Positions 27,870-38,534 are shown, counted from the stretch's first letter. The stretch: DNA of 64,000 nt from Planctomycetota bacterium (GCA_003669585.1 QWOQ01000014.1:21069-85068); one strand, 5' to 3'. The notes: generated by a model from the sequence alone, not told the origin. A program made the numbers and translations.

Positions 27870-28814
27870 CTATTCGTCCAAGTCGTTCGCTTCGTCGCTA
27901 TGAGAAGAACCGCGACTTGAATCTGCCGTGATGGCCTTTTTGTATGAAGCTGTTTCAGATGGTGCAACTTTTTCTGCGGGGTCCGTATTTGTTTCAGAGG
28001 ACTCTGGCGGCGTTGCAAATTCTGCGAGATCAACACTCTTCGCCACACCGATTCGAGTCTCCGCATTTTTGATTCGCTTGTAATCGGATTCGAGCAGACG
28101 CGGATGAATTTTGTGAACGCTGCGCATGACATCCGGGCGCCCAAGGAGCATTGCCACTTTTGGATCGACTTCAAGAGTGACTTCGGATGGAATTCCTCCA
28201 GCGGTCGCCACGCGACGATTAATTGCTAATCGTGGAAAAGGAGGAAGTCCACCGGGATGCACCAAGGCTCTGACGAGAAGAGCCGTGTCTGCAAAGCGTC
28301 GATACGCGCCGGCTGATTCGGCAGATGGAGCTTGTTCAAAGGCAACCAGATACCGCGCCCGAGGTCCACTGAGCTCAATGGTTTCGTTGGTTTCTTGAAT
28401 ATCGTTTCCAAAATCAGGACCGCCAGCCCATCGCACCAGTCGATCATCAGCCTTGCGAGCCCAAGAAGCCAGCGACACGCTTAATCGTTCCAGTCGCAGC
28501 GTCGTAATTTCTGTTTTTACGTTTCGTTCGGGATCAATTAACACCACTCGCTCGCGCGCCGGATCGTGAAGCGCAATCTCATCGGGATGTGCCAAAAAAT
28601 CCCACGCGACGCCATTTGCAAAGAGCGTCAGACTATGGGCTACCGGCTCCTTCTGCGAGCCGACAAACACTTCGGTCTCAATGCGAAGAACTCCGTCCGT
28701 GGTCTCTGCGACAGCACACAGTGCCATGCACACGTTGAGGAGGACTGCCGCGAACCCCGAATGGAATACGCCATAACAATCTCTTGTATGTTGACCACTG
28801 TGTCGAGTCTTCAT
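27870..28814 (-). CDS. Hypothetical secreted protein
   Basis: 314 aa. N-terminal signal-like segment FAAVLLNVCMALCAVAETT. Acidic, low-complexity C-terminal tail. No recognised domain. Confidence 0.55.
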   Translation of the reverse strand: MKTRHSGQHTRDCYGVFHSGFAAVLLNVCMALCAVAETTDGVLRIETEVFVGSQKEPVAHSLTLFANGVAWDFLAHPDEIALHDPARERVVLIDPERNVKTEITTLRLERLSVSLASWARKADDRLVRWAGGPDFGNDIQETNETIELSGPRARYLVAFEQAPSAESAGAYRRFADTALLVRALVHPGGLPPFPRLAINRRVATAGGIPSEVTLEVDPKVAMLLGRPDVMRSVHKIHPRLLESDYKRIKNAETRIGVAKSVDLAEFATPPESSETNTDPAEKVAPSETASYKKAITADSSRGSSHSDEANDLDE

Positions 28815-29295
28815 GCCGATGCTCCGAAACAGATTTGTCTACTCGTAGGTCATTTCATCCACGCTGCGTGCGGAGGATAGCAGAATGAGACCGGAGCCCC
28901 AACGCGAAAAGAGGCCATTTTTAAGTATTCAGGAGCTCGAAAGTGTGAACGGCACCTTCGGACAATGTTCGTCAGCGATGCTTTGGCCAGATCGCCTTGA
29001 AATACCACTGCGCGGAGATACGTTGTCAGTTGACAGACCACATCTTGAAAATGACATGGCATTGAATGGTTCTCTTGTCGCAAATCATCAACGTCCAAAT
29101 TCTGAAAACTCGAACGGGCGATTACCGCATTTAATCCTTGCCATTGCGGAATGGTACTTGGATTCAAATAAAACGCATTCGTCTATCAGCATCGGTGTCG
29201 CTTTTCAATGAAGAGAGCCGCGACTTCTATTTGTGGCGTAAGCATTCGTGTTATTGAATGGCTCACTCGACAGCTGTTCAAAAACAGGCTGAGTT

Positions 29296-30105
29296 TTAGA
29301 AATGTCCAAAGAGTTTGAAGCTCGCTATTCCAAGCACCACGGCGAGTAGTCTTCGAATTGCCATTGCAGACAATCGTGTCGCGCCCAAAGAGGATCCGAT
29401 TGCGCCGCCAAGTATCGCTGCAATCATGAATGTTGGGGCGAGCGGTGGAACACGCTGATCGCCAAGAATGCTTCCGGCGAGTCCCGCCAGAGAGTTTACA
29501 AGAATAAAAGGAGCTGTTACAGCCGCGATCGTTTTGATTGGCGCCTTTCGTAGTGCAATGAGAATCGGCGTGAGAAAGACCCCTCCTCCCACACCGGTAC
29601 AGCCCGAGAGAAGACCGATTCCTGCTGCAACAAGCGTCATTTTCCAGGAACTGAAAATCTGAAAAAAGCCCTTGTGGAAGCTCTTGAGATCTGAATCTGA
29701 GTTTGGTTCTGGTTCTCTAGGTAGTTTTTGCGGAATCAAAAGCTGTACGGCTACTCCAAACAGGACCAGAGCAACCACGAGTTCAATCGTTCGTGGTTGT
29801 AATGGAAGAGATCCGCCGAGCATCGCACATGGGATACTTCCTGCGGCCAAGGGGGCAAAGAGCGACCAGCGAAAATGTCCTGCTCTGAAAAACTGTACGG
29901 AGCCAATTGCTGCAACGATCACATTCAACACCAGTGCTGTTGGGCGCACCTCGATCGGCGCCATCCCAGCAAGAGTGAGCACAGCGATGTAGCCCGTTGC
30001 TCCAGCGTGTCCGACTGAAGCATAGAGCATTGCCACGACTGCAACGGCGCACACAATCCCATATTCCGGGGCACTCAAGGCATCCAGCGCAAAGAGCAGT
30101 TCCAT
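29296..30105 (-). CDS. TauE/SafE-family anion (sulfite/sulfonate) exporter-like membrane protein
   Basis: 269 aa with ~8 TM helices and an internal duplication. It contains the GxGGG-type segments typical of TauE/SafE (GCTGVGGGVFLTPIL). Confidence 0.75.
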   Translation of the reverse strand: MELLFALDALSAPEYGIVCAVAVVAMLYASVGHAGATGYIAVLTLAGMAPIEVRPTALVLNVIVAAIGSVQFFRAGHFRWSLFAPLAAGSIPCAMLGGSLPLQPRTIELVVALVLFGVAVQLLIPQKLPREPEPNSDSDLKSFHKGFFQIFSSWKMTLVAAGIGLLSGCTGVGGGVFLTPILIALRKAPIKTIAAVTAPFILVNSLAGLAGSILGDQRVPPLAPTFMIAAILGGAIGSSLGATRLSAMAIRRLLAVVLGIASFKLFGHF

Positions 30106-30163
30106 AACACCTCTACGCGCTTCGGCCTACGAGATCTGTTCGGTCACAATTCCGCGCGTGCGA

Positions 30164-30574
30164 TCAAGAGGGATCTGCCGCGTGCTGCTTCAGCATTTCA
30201 AGTGGTATAATATCGAGTGATTTTTCATGCGTGGCTTCAAGCACTGCGGGAGGGGCATGGCCGGCTTCGGCTGCTTCAAGCCATCGTGCGGCACATAAAC
30301 ACCATCGATCTCCGACGACCAAACCAGGGAACTCCCATTCGGGATGTGGTGTGACCAGATCGTTTCCTGCTTCGACGGTGAATATCAGGAAATCCTCAGT
30401 CATCACACAGCAGACGGTGTGCACGCCCACATCCTCACGGTTCGTGCGGCAGCATCCATCGCGAAAAAAACCAGTCACTGGATCGCGAGAACACTCAACC
30501 AGTTCTCCTCCGAGCACGTTGCGATCGGGTTTGGTACTTCGAGCGGAAACAAGCGGTTTATTAATAGCAATCAT
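30164..30574 (-). CDS. DUF2237-family cysteine-rich protein
   Basis: The ORF is open to 30667. ATG at 30574 gives ~136 aa. NVLGGELVECSRDPVTGFFRDGCC...GVHTVCCVMTEDFL...GDRWCLCAARW matches my memory of DUF2237. Confidence 0.65.
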   Translation of the reverse strand: MIAINKPLVSARSTKPDRNVLGGELVECSRDPVTGFFRDGCCRTNREDVGVHTVCCVMTEDFLIFTVEAGNDLVTPHPEWEFPGLVVGDRWCLCAARWLEAAEAGHAPPAVLEATHEKSLDIIPLEMLKQHAADPS

Positions 30575-30779
30575 GTTGATACATCCATAGAAGGCATTGG
30601 CGATGTTTACAATCAGACGCGTTTCGGGAGTCCTCTTGGACAATCCATCAGCTGATCCGGAAGACATCCTTATTTTGTACGACCTTGTAAAGAGCGTATC
30701 CTACTCTCCTGCGTGCGTCACCAACCGACATCCATGCTGGTGCAAAAGCGCAACTTTCTGAGATGTACAAAGGAGTTGG

Positions 30780-31607
30780 ATGATGAATGTTCGTGTCTTT
30801 TTTCTTCAAGGCCGTGCGCTCAGGATGGCATTTGTCATGGTGAGTCTGGCGACGATCACTCATTCGAGCTATTCCCAAGACATCACGAGCACATGGAACG
30901 GATTCAACCGTATCGATTGCATGGTTGCTTCAAGAAAATGCATTCTGGTTATTCCGGTGACACGAGCGGCAGGAAGTCCTTGGATTTGGCGAACAGAATT
31001 TTTTGGACACGAACCGCAGGCCGATATGGCGCTTGTTGCAAAAGGTTTTCACATCGCCTTTATTGACATGCAAAATATGTACGGCGGTCCAGAAGCGATG
31101 GCGTTGATGGATCGCATGTATGAACATGCCATTACGGATCGTGGACTGTCAAAAAAAGTCGTACTCGAAGGGTTTAGTCGGGGCGGACTATTCTCTCTCA
31201 ATTGGGGAATTCTTCACCCTGATCGTGTCGCATGCATCTACAACGATGCTCCGGTCTGCGATTTTAAGAGTTGGCCGGGAGGAAAAGGAAAAGGTCCTGG
31301 ATCCGCTCTCGACTGGCAGCGATGCCTTGAAGCCTATCGACTGTCGGAAGAGGAGGCTCTCGCGTTTCGCGGAAACCCCATCGACAATCTCGCATCGTTG
31401 GCTGCTGCGAAAGTGCCGCTCCTCCATGTTTGCGGCGATGCCGACGAGGTTGTTCCGTTCGAGGAGAACTCCGCGCTCTTGGCAACCCGTTATCGCGAAC
31501 TGGGTGGCCCGATTACGGTCATCGCGAAGCCTGGCGTAAAACACCACCCACACAGTCTTCAAGATCCTGAGGTCATCGTGTCTTTCATTCTGAAGCACAC
31601 GCACTAA
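30780..31607 (+). CDS. Secreted alpha/beta hydrolase (esterase/dienelactone-hydrolase-like)
   Basis: 275 aa. Signal-like N-terminus, nucleophile elbow GFSRGG, and later CGDADEVVP and KHHPHS (Asp/His candidates). Confidence 0.65.
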   Translation: MMNVRVFFLQGRALRMAFVMVSLATITHSSYSQDITSTWNGFNRIDCMVASRKCILVIPVTRAAGSPWIWRTEFFGHEPQADMALVAKGFHIAFIDMQNMYGGPEAMALMDRMYEHAITDRGLSKKVVLEGFSRGGLFSLNWGILHPDRVACIYNDAPVCDFKSWPGGKGKGPGSALDWQRCLEAYRLSEEEALAFRGNPIDNLASLAAAKVPLLHVCGDADEVVPFEENSALLATRYRELGGPITVIAKPGVKHHPHSLQDPEVIVSFILKHTH

Positions 31608-31743
31608 ACAGGTGCTTTGTTCGCGACTGTTTGCCAGCCGTAGGCAGTTATTCTCATACGTCCTCGAAGAGAGGTTAAAAGAGTTCGTGTGAAAGAACCC
31701 GAGTGACAAGAATTGTGCGCAGCGCTTTTGAATCGCAATCGCA

Positions 31744-33702
31744 ATGCCATCTGGAGGATATTCGAAAATGCGTCAGTCGCTGCGAACTCCCGAACCGATT
31801 TCATCGATTCCAGACACGCTGATTGCAGCCGGAGCCATCTTGTCGATGGCTCTCTCCGGTGCGCTTTTACTGGTGGCGGTTGGTCATGAAAAAGTGCCAA
31901 CACCCTCGTGGTGGATAACCCCTGTTCGCGTGTTCGACCTGCCGCTGATCGCAATGCTTTTCCTGGGAGGTGGAATTTTAGTGGGAGGCCTGCTGCGCAA
32001 GCTTGCCAGAGGAAAAATTGGCTCTGATCTGCTTGCCGGAGTGTCAATTGTTACTGCTGTGTTGCTCGGAGAGTATCTTGCCGGCGTACTGGTTGTGCTC
32101 ATGCTCTCGGGAGGCGAAGCACTCGAAAAATATGCGGTCCGTCGCGCCGGTGATGTGCTTGCTGCACTCGCGCGACGCATGCCAACGAAGGCTCATCGAA
32201 AGACCGAAAACGGGCTTGTGGACGTTGCCCTCTCAGCGGTTCACATCACAGATACGATTGTCGTACTGCCACACGAAATCTGTCCGGTTGATGGAACAGT
32301 CGTTGCCGGACGAGGTTCAATGGATGAGAGCTATCTCACAGGCGAACCGTATCGAATGGCAAAGGCTCCTGGATCGACAGTGCTTTCGGGAGCGATCAAC
32401 GGCCAGGCAGCTCTTGAGATCCGAACCGAACGAGTTGCTTCAGATAGTCGCTACGCAAAAATTATGGACACGCTACGCGCAAGCGAGGATCGTCGCCCAC
32501 AACTGCGCAGGCTTGCCGACACTCTTGGAGCTCTCTATACGCCGCTGGCCATCGTGCTTGCTCTTGCTGCGTGGAGTGTCAGCGGCGATGCAACTCGCTT
32601 TTTAGCGGTGCTTGTTGTGGCCACTCCCTGTCCGCTGTTGATTGCCATTCCAGTGGCGATTCTTGGGGCCGTGTCACTGGCTGCCAAACGCGGAATTGTT
32701 ATTCGAGACCCAGCCATTCTCGAACGGATTGCGACCTGTCGCACGGTGATCTTCGACAAGACAGGTACTCTCACCTACGGTATGCCGCAGCTGAACGATG
32801 TGGTGCTCATGGGTTCATTCGATCGCCATACAATCTTGTCAATTGCCGCGAGTCTTGAGGAATATTCCAAGCATCCGCTGGCTGCTGCGGTCGTCAACGC
32901 TGCAAAAAGTGAAGGTATTCCACTTCTTGAAGTTGCGGAAATATCAGAGCATCCAGGGCAGGGATTGCGAGGGATCGTTGCAGGCGAAGAGGTGGCCATT
33001 ACCAGCCGCATGAAACTTACTTTGATCAATTCAATCGCGGCAGCGAATCTTCCAGCAGTGAGCGGCGGGCTTGAATGTATTCTTCTGATTAAAGAAATCC
33101 CTGCGGCCTTGTTGCGATTTCGCGATTCACCTCGCGCTGATGGTGCGATGTTCATTCATCACTTGGCCCCACGACACGGGCTTTCACGGGTAATGATTGT
33201 CTCGGGCGACCGTGAAAGTGAGGTGCGATGGCTGGCTGATCTCGTCGGCATCAAAGAAATACATGCAGGCATTTCACCAGAAGGTAAGTTGGCACTCATC
33301 GAACGCGAGACAAGTCGTGCGCCAACCATTTTCGTGGGAGACGGCATCAATGATGCTCCTGCACTCGCTGCCGCAACGGTTGGTATTGCCATGGGCGCAT
33401 CCAACGATGTCACCAGCGAAGCCTCTGGTGCTGTCGTGATGGATTCGGAACTTGAACGCGTAGACGAACTCTTTCATATTGGACAGCGACTGCGACGCAT
33501 TGCTTTGCAGAGTGCCGTTGGAGGCATGGCTGCAAGCGTTGTGGGCATGGGCTTTGCGTCTTTCGGCTACCTGCCGCCAGCGGCAGGCGCACTGGTACAG
33601 GAAATCATTGATATTGTTGCCGTTGTCAACGCGCTGCGAGTGGGATGGCACTCAGGGACGTTGACCGATTACGGATCCTCGCCATCGTCTGCAGAACAGT
33701 AA
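31744..33702 (+). CDS. Heavy-metal P1B-type ATPase with TPCP transmembrane motif (P1B-5-like)
   Basis: 652 aa. TGEP (YLTGEPY), [11 protein letters not shown] (TPCP at 32623-32634), [13 protein letters not shown] and [11 protein letters not shown]. No CxxC metal-binding domain at the N-terminus. Confidence 0.9.
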   Translation: MPSGGYSKMRQSLRTPEPISSIPDTLIAAGAILSMALSGALLLVAVGHEKVPTPSWWITPVRVFDLPLIAMLFLGGGILVGGLLRKLARGKIGSDLLAGVSIVTAVLLGEYLAGVLVVLMLSGGEALEKYAVRRAGDVLAALARRMPTKAHRKTENGLVDVALSAVHITDTIVVLPHEICPVDGTVVAGRGSMDESYLTGEPYRMAKAPGSTVLSGAINGQAALEIRTERVASDSRYAKIMDTLRASEDRRPQLRRLADTLGALYTPLAIVLALAAWSVSGDATRFLAVLVVATPCPLLIAIPVAILGAVSLAAKRGIVIRDPAILERIATCRTVIFDKTGTLTYGMPQLNDVVLMGSFDRHTILSIAASLEEYSKHPLAAAVVNAAKSEGIPLLEVAEISEHPGQGLRGIVAGEEVAITSRMKLTLINSIAAANLPAVSGGLECILLIKEIPAALLRFRDSPRADGAMFIHHLAPRHGLSRVMIVSGDRESEVRWLADLVGIKEIHAGISPEGKLALIERETSRAPTIFVGDGINDAPALAAATVGIAMGASNDVTSEASGAVVMDSELERVDELFHIGQRLRRIALQSAVGGMAASVVGMGFASFGYLPPAAGALVQEIIDIVAVVNALRVGWHSGTLTDYGSSPSSAEQ

Positions 33703-33758
33703 AAAATATCTTTTCCAAATTAAGTTGATTTTGTGACACAGGAAAGAGGCTCTTCTTT

Positions 33759-35783
33759 ATGGATGGAGATTCCTTTGTCACAAGAATTCTGAGAATGAAT
33801 TATGCCGCCGGTCTATTTTTATTTCTGGATTGTCTCGTTACAACGTCTCTGACTGCAGCCGAAAACGAATCTCCGGTAGCACAGCCCAATATTCTCTGGA
33901 TTTCAGCAGAGGACATCTCGGCCGGCACTCTTGGCTGTTACGGTGGCGACTCTTATACACCGACAATCGACGCGCTGGCGGCCGTCGGGATACGGTACGA
34001 CGCTGCCTTCGCCGCCGCGCCGGTCTGCGCTCCTTCACGTAGCGCCATCATTACCGGCTGTATGCCGACGACGCTCGGAAGTCTGCCTATGCGTTGCAAG
34101 GCATCGCCACCATCGTTTCTCATCGGTTTTCCAAAGCTCCTGCGCGATGCCGGCTACTGGTGCTCGAACAATGCAAAAACAGACTACAACTTAAATCCTT
34201 CATTTGATGCGGGATGGAATGCATCTGGAAACGCTGCGCATTGGCGAAAACGTGATCGGCCTACCCGGCCATTTTTTTCTGTGTTCAACCTTGCCCAGAC
34301 TCACGAAAGCGGTCTTTTTAGAAGTCCTTCCGAGTGGAAAAAACTTCAAAAGCAACTGCCGAAGAAGGCTCTTCGCGATCCAGAGACCCTGGCGGTCCCT
34401 GCCTATTATCCAGACACGCTCGCTGTTCGGGCTGACCTTGCGCACAGAATGGAACTCGCATCGCTTTTAGACATTGAATGCTCCCGCATTCTCAGCGAAC
34501 TCACAGAGGACGGCTTGCGGGATAACACCATCATTTTTTTCTGGGGCGACCACGGCGAGGGACTGCCGCACGGAAAACGCTCACTCACTGAACACGGACT
34601 GCGGGTGCCGTTGATCGTTCATCTCCCGAAAGCGATTCAAAAAGCGATTCATGCACAGTCGCCAGAAATCAACAGCAGGCTTGTCAGTCTTTTGGATCTT
34701 GGGCCAACGGCTCTGGATCTCGCCGGCGTACCAATTCCGTTATGGATGGAAGGGAAAAGTTTTTTGGGCTCCCATACAATTCTCCAAAGCGAGATTATTT
34801 CGGCACGCGATCGAATGGATGAGCGAGAAGGATTTTCAAGATCGGTTCGCACTGACCGCTACCGTTACGTCAGGCATTTTCTGCCCTGGGTATCAGGCGA
34901 TGATCTGCCGAACTATGCCTCCGGCGTGGCGATCACTCGCGAACTTCGAACGTGTTTGCGGGAGGGAACTTTGCCTGCAGGTGCCAGTTGGTTTTCGAGA
35001 TCTCGCCGACCTCCGGAGGAACTTTTTGACATCGACAATGATCCAGAGGAACTCAACGACGTGCATGCGAGGAGAGATCATTCTTTATACGCCACAGCAC
35101 TCAGTCACCATCGCGCCCAGCTCGTTTCGTTCATGCGTTCTTCTCGCGATACAGGCATTCTTCCCGAAGCAATGTTGCGACGCGAGGCTCTTCTGGCGGG
35201 AAGTGAGTGGGGAGTGTTTCATCCTGCGACACAAGGCTCATCCGAGAACCTCGCCGACCGGCAGGCACTCGCTCGATACGACGAGATTCTGAAAGTGGCA
35301 ATGGCGGTGGCGGAAGACCATCCCCCCGATTATTTTGCGAGCGAATTAAAAGCCACCGATCCGGCGGTGCGTTACTGGGCTGCCTGCGGTGTAGGATGGT
35401 CCGGAATCCGTATTGGAGCCGATTCACAAAAAGCCGCGGCACTGTTTTTGGAACCGCTTTTAATCGATTCCGATGCTGTTGTTCGAATTGCAGCAGCGAG
35501 ATGGTTTTCTTCATGCACGCACACCGATCAAGGGCTCGATGTTCTTCTGGCAATCATCGGTTCTGATGATCCATCCACTCGCATGGCTGCGCTCATTGCA
35601 GTCGAGAGCCTCGGCGAGCGTGCCGCTCGTTTGCGACCGAACGTCGCATCACTCTCACTGTCAAAAAACGAGGAATATTCAGATCGGCTCAAAGCTCGTA
35701 TTACTGGAAAGAGTGAGCTGCCTTCTCACGTGAACCCCGATGCGACTCATGGAAAAAACACCAAGCCGAACGCACAACAATGA
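33759..35783 (+). CDS. Sulfatase (Cys-type, formylglycine-dependent) fused to C-terminal HEAT/PBS-lyase-like repeats
   Basis: 674 aa. ATG at 33759 lies 9 nt after AAGAGG. Signal peptide, then ILWISAEDIS and the sulfatase motif PVCAPSRSAIITG (Cys codon at 34026). The C-terminus has DPAVRYWAACGVG, DAVVRIAAARW and DPSTRMAALIAVESLG repeats. Confidence 0.85.
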   Translation: MDGDSFVTRILRMNYAAGLFLFLDCLVTTSLTAAENESPVAQPNILWISAEDISAGTLGCYGGDSYTPTIDALAAVGIRYDAAFAAAPVCAPSRSAIITGCMPTTLGSLPMRCKASPPSFLIGFPKLLRDAGYWCSNNAKTDYNLNPSFDAGWNASGNAAHWRKRDRPTRPFFSVFNLAQTHESGLFRSPSEWKKLQKQLPKKALRDPETLAVPAYYPDTLAVRADLAHRMELASLLDIECSRILSELTEDGLRDNTIIFFWGDHGEGLPHGKRSLTEHGLRVPLIVHLPKAIQKAIHAQSPEINSRLVSLLDLGPTALDLAGVPIPLWMEGKSFLGSHTILQSEIISARDRMDEREGFSRSVRTDRYRYVRHFLPWVSGDDLPNYASGVAITRELRTCLREGTLPAGASWFSRSRRPPEELFDIDNDPEELNDVHARRDHSLYATALSHHRAQLVSFMRSSRDTGILPEAMLRREALLAGSEWGVFHPATQGSSENLADRQALARYDEILKVAMAVAEDHPPDYFASELKATDPAVRYWAACGVGWSGIRIGADSQKAAALFLEPLLIDSDAVVRIAAARWFSSCTHTDQGLDVLLAIIGSDDPSTRMAALIAVESLGERAARLRPNVASLSLSKNEEYSDRLKARITGKSELPSHVNPDATHGKNTKPNAQQ

Positions 35784-35792
35784 ATTGGTAAT

Positions 35793-37166
35793 CTACTGTG
35801 TTGTGACCGTCGGCATGTTTTTGTTTGCAAACTCCAAAAACTTTTCCCAGTCGTATGGCAAAAGGTCATGACTTCCGGTTCTGATGTGATAGCCCATTGC
35901 CCTGCCCCAGAGTGGTTGATCGACCGGCGGCATGCTCGAGGCCGGGAGTCCACCGAGACCGCTTCGTTGCCAGACCGGCGAAGCCGCCAGCAGCGATAAA
36001 AACTCTCCCTCCGGATCCGCCCACGAATCTTCCTGAGCGCTTGCAACATAAATCAACCGAGGTGCAGTCAGTGCGAGGAGCATGTGCTGATCAAATGGCA
36101 TCTCCTGCTCTCGTCCGGCCCAGCGAGCGAGTTGTGGCGCAAACCAGTGTGGAAAGTTTTTCGTGATTGCTGCCACATCTTCGCCAACAGGCCGCTTTGA
36201 AAGCGCTGCTCCCATGGAACCGGAATTATTAGACACGACCATCGCCAACCGCTCGTCACGGGCTCCTGCCAAAAGGGCCGTCTTTCCAAGTCGCGAATGT
36301 CCCACCACCGCCAGCCGTTTGAGATCGACATCCTTGCGAGTAAACAGCCAGTCCACCAGATGCGACACGCCCCAAGCCCACGCGGTAATCGCGCCTGGTT
36401 CATCCGATTCAAGTTCACCCCCTGCTGGTCGACCCAGGGCAACCAGAACGCTTTCGGCTCTCCCGTCAGGCCGGTCCGGGTGCACATCCCCATAACAAAA
36501 TGTCACCAGACCAAAACCCGACTTGAGAATCGTATCGACTGGCCAGCGATTCGTTTTTGCTCCACGAGATGCTTCGGTCGCGCGATGATCAACGACAAGA
36601 CCATCTTTTGTGTTATTGAGCCATGCGCGGGTAATCAAAATCTCCGGATCAGGATCGACAGATTGATTTCCAAGAAAATTGATTCCTATAAATACTCCGG
36701 GCGGAGTACTCGGTGCATGAGGCATATATTCAAGCACGTCGATCTCGCGAAGTGTGGCTCCTTGCCCAACACTCATCCGATATTGTCGCCGAATGGCTCC
36801 ACCACCGCGAGCCACCTGAGATTCTTCAACCAACACAGCAAGCACTGGAGCCGCAGGCAGTGGCCGACCGTATGCCTCTCGGGAAAAAAGTTCGAGCAGA
36901 GAGGGCCGCACTGTTTTGTTCCATTGTTGAATGTCATCAACGCGATTGCCTTGTGCGTTACAAAGCACATCCGGTAGTAGCGCTGCCAGAGTTTCCGGTA
37001 TTTGCGCACTCTCATCGCTGAAGCCGCTGTGCGCAAGAAGGGTCGTGGCCAAAATGACCGCGACGGCTCCAAGAAAAAGCCATGACCGATTCAGCCTGAC
37101 CCATTGACATCGATTGCTCACAAAAGTTCTTTCAGTATGTGGATGCACGTGTGATTCTATTCCCAT
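35793..37166 (-). CDS. Alpha/beta hydrolase, CE15 glucuronoyl-esterase-like
   Basis: 457 aa. Signal-like N-terminus. VVGHSRLGKTALLAGARDERLAMVVSNNSG and DQHMLLALTAPRLIYVASAQEDSWADPEGEF resemble bacterial CE15 esterases. Confidence 0.6.
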   Translation of the reverse strand: MGIESHVHPHTERTFVSNRCQWVRLNRSWLFLGAVAVILATTLLAHSGFSDESAQIPETLAALLPDVLCNAQGNRVDDIQQWNKTVRPSLLELFSREAYGRPLPAAPVLAVLVEESQVARGGGAIRRQYRMSVGQGATLREIDVLEYMPHAPSTPPGVFIGINFLGNQSVDPDPEILITRAWLNNTKDGLVVDHRATEASRGAKTNRWPVDTILKSGFGLVTFCYGDVHPDRPDGRAESVLVALGRPAGGELESDEPGAITAWAWGVSHLVDWLFTRKDVDLKRLAVVGHSRLGKTALLAGARDERLAMVVSNNSGSMGAALSKRPVGEDVAAITKNFPHWFAPQLARWAGREQEMPFDQHMLLALTAPRLIYVASAQEDSWADPEGEFLSLLAASPVWQRSGLGGLPASSMPPVDQPLWGRAMGYHIRTGSHDLLPYDWEKFLEFANKNMPTVTTQ

Positions 37167-37409
37167 CGAACCACTCTATGAGCGTTTGGCAAGAAATACC
37201 ACTGTTTTGTAAACAGAAAATATTCATCCGAATTGAACGAGTGATCGCTTCAGCCCTGACATCGACTGACGCTCAGCCAGATACTTGTGAGCAGAATCAC
37301 CTATGGATTCGCTCGGTGTTCAATGCATCAGGCCGAAACAACAATCGGTCGAAGGTGCAAATGAAGCGGTGCGTGAATCGCACAGAGACGAAGCTCGGAC
37401 GCCTTCAAT

Positions 37410-38534
37410 TCAAGGGCCAACGTTTTGACTCGTGCCTTCTCTTGGATGAGCAGGCTTTTCATTTTCCGCCTGAAGCTCGAGCGTGTTCCTGATGATGTGC
37501 TTTGCAAGTGCTTTGTAGGTATGGTGAGCGAGCGAGTGCTTCCGAGCGGCTTGTGCCATTTTTTCTAATTGTGGCCTGTTCTCAATCGCCGAAACAATGG
37601 TTTCAGCGAGATGTTCTCCTTCGACTCCGTAGTACAGACAGTGTTCTCCATGCCGAAGCGGTTGATGCATCTCGATCGATGGATAATTCATTACCACCAC
37701 CGAACCAGCCATGGCGGCTTCGTAATGCCGAACGCAATCCCACCCAAAACCACCTGGCGACCAGACCAACCATGCGGCCGCGCAGCGTTTATGAAATTCT
37801 TCCCACGGCAGGCGTCTGTCAGGAATATCGACGCGGATTCCACGTTCTCGTAGAGCCAACACGTGTGCAAGTCCTTTCTCGCGAGCAGAGCTGCTGCCAA
37901 TGGTTCCAGAAAAAAAGAGGTCTGACGTCTTCTCGGGCAAAGGGGTGTCGCTCTGTTCAAAAAGACTCGATGCTCCAATAGAAATGGGCCGGAGTTTTTT
38001 TAGATATCGCTGGAATCGAGAAAATGTTCGAAAACTTCGGCCGGGAAGATTTCTGTGGCCAGTGCCATAAAATACTAACCAGTTGTCCGACGGAAGTTCT
38101 CGTTTGTAGTAGGTTCGACAAAGGTCAAAGAGAAAAAAGTTGTGTTTTGGAATACCGAATGAATCGAGCATGTCTGTCACAACGATCGGTGTGCGACGGA
38201 CCAACCGTAAGAAGTGAAATGCCAGCGTGCTAAATAGACCGACTGGAAACGTCAGCGGACGATATCGGATGACATGGAGAATCGTTCGCAGGTGCCACGC
38301 TGGATAGAGTGGAGGATGCACGACAATCAGATCGTATTCTCCACGTCGCAATCGACCCATAATTTTCCAGAGTGCCACGGGCGACAGCACCTGGGATCCT
38401 GGTCCGAAATGACTGTGATGGCGGGTGCCAGTATAAAAAAAATCGGTCTGCTCAGGATACGCAATTTTGAATCGACGATCGACGCCGATTTCAAGAAATC
38501 GCAGACTTCCCAAGGGATCGAATTGAGATTCCAT
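37410..38534 (-). CDS. Putative glycosyltransferase (GT1-like C-terminal domain, CgeB/Glyco_trans_1_2-like)
   Basis: 374 aa. The C-terminal part LFFSGTIGSSSAREKG...WLVWSPGGFGWDCVRHYEAAMAGSVVVMN resembles the GT-B C-terminal domain of CgeB-like proteins. It sits in a glycosyltransferase neighbourhood. Confidence 0.45.
   Translation of the reverse strand: MESQFDPLGSLRFLEIGVDRRFKIAYPEQTDFFYTGTRHHSHFGPGSQVLSPVALWKIMGRLRRGEYDLIVVHPPLYPAWHLRTILHVIRYRPLTFPVGLFSTLAFHFLRLVRRTPIVVTDMLDSFGIPKHNFFLFDLCRTYYKRELPSDNWLVFYGTGHRNLPGRSFRTFSRFQRYLKKLRPISIGASSLFEQSDTPLPEKTSDLFFSGTIGSSSAREKGLAHVLALRERGIRVDIPDRRLPWEEFHKRCAAAWLVWSPGGFGWDCVRHYEAAMAGSVVVMNYPSIEMHQPLRHGEHCLYYGVEGEHLAETIVSAIENRPQLEKMAQAARKHSLAHHTYKALAKHIIRNTLELQAENEKPAHPREGTSQNVGP

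Noticed and set aside
27665-28174. 169-aa minus-strand ORF overlapping the 3' part of the 27870-28814 gene
   Set aside because: It is out of frame with the longer, better-supported ORF, and its product is basic and low complexity. It is most likely spurious.
28850-29211. Two overlapping opposite-strand small ORFs (105 and 108 aa) in the 480-nt gap between the secreted hypothetical protein and the TauE gene
   Set aside because: There are no recognisable motifs, no ribosome-binding site that I could see, and the two ORFs are mutually exclusive. I cannot support either as a gene. The region may simply be a promoter or leader.
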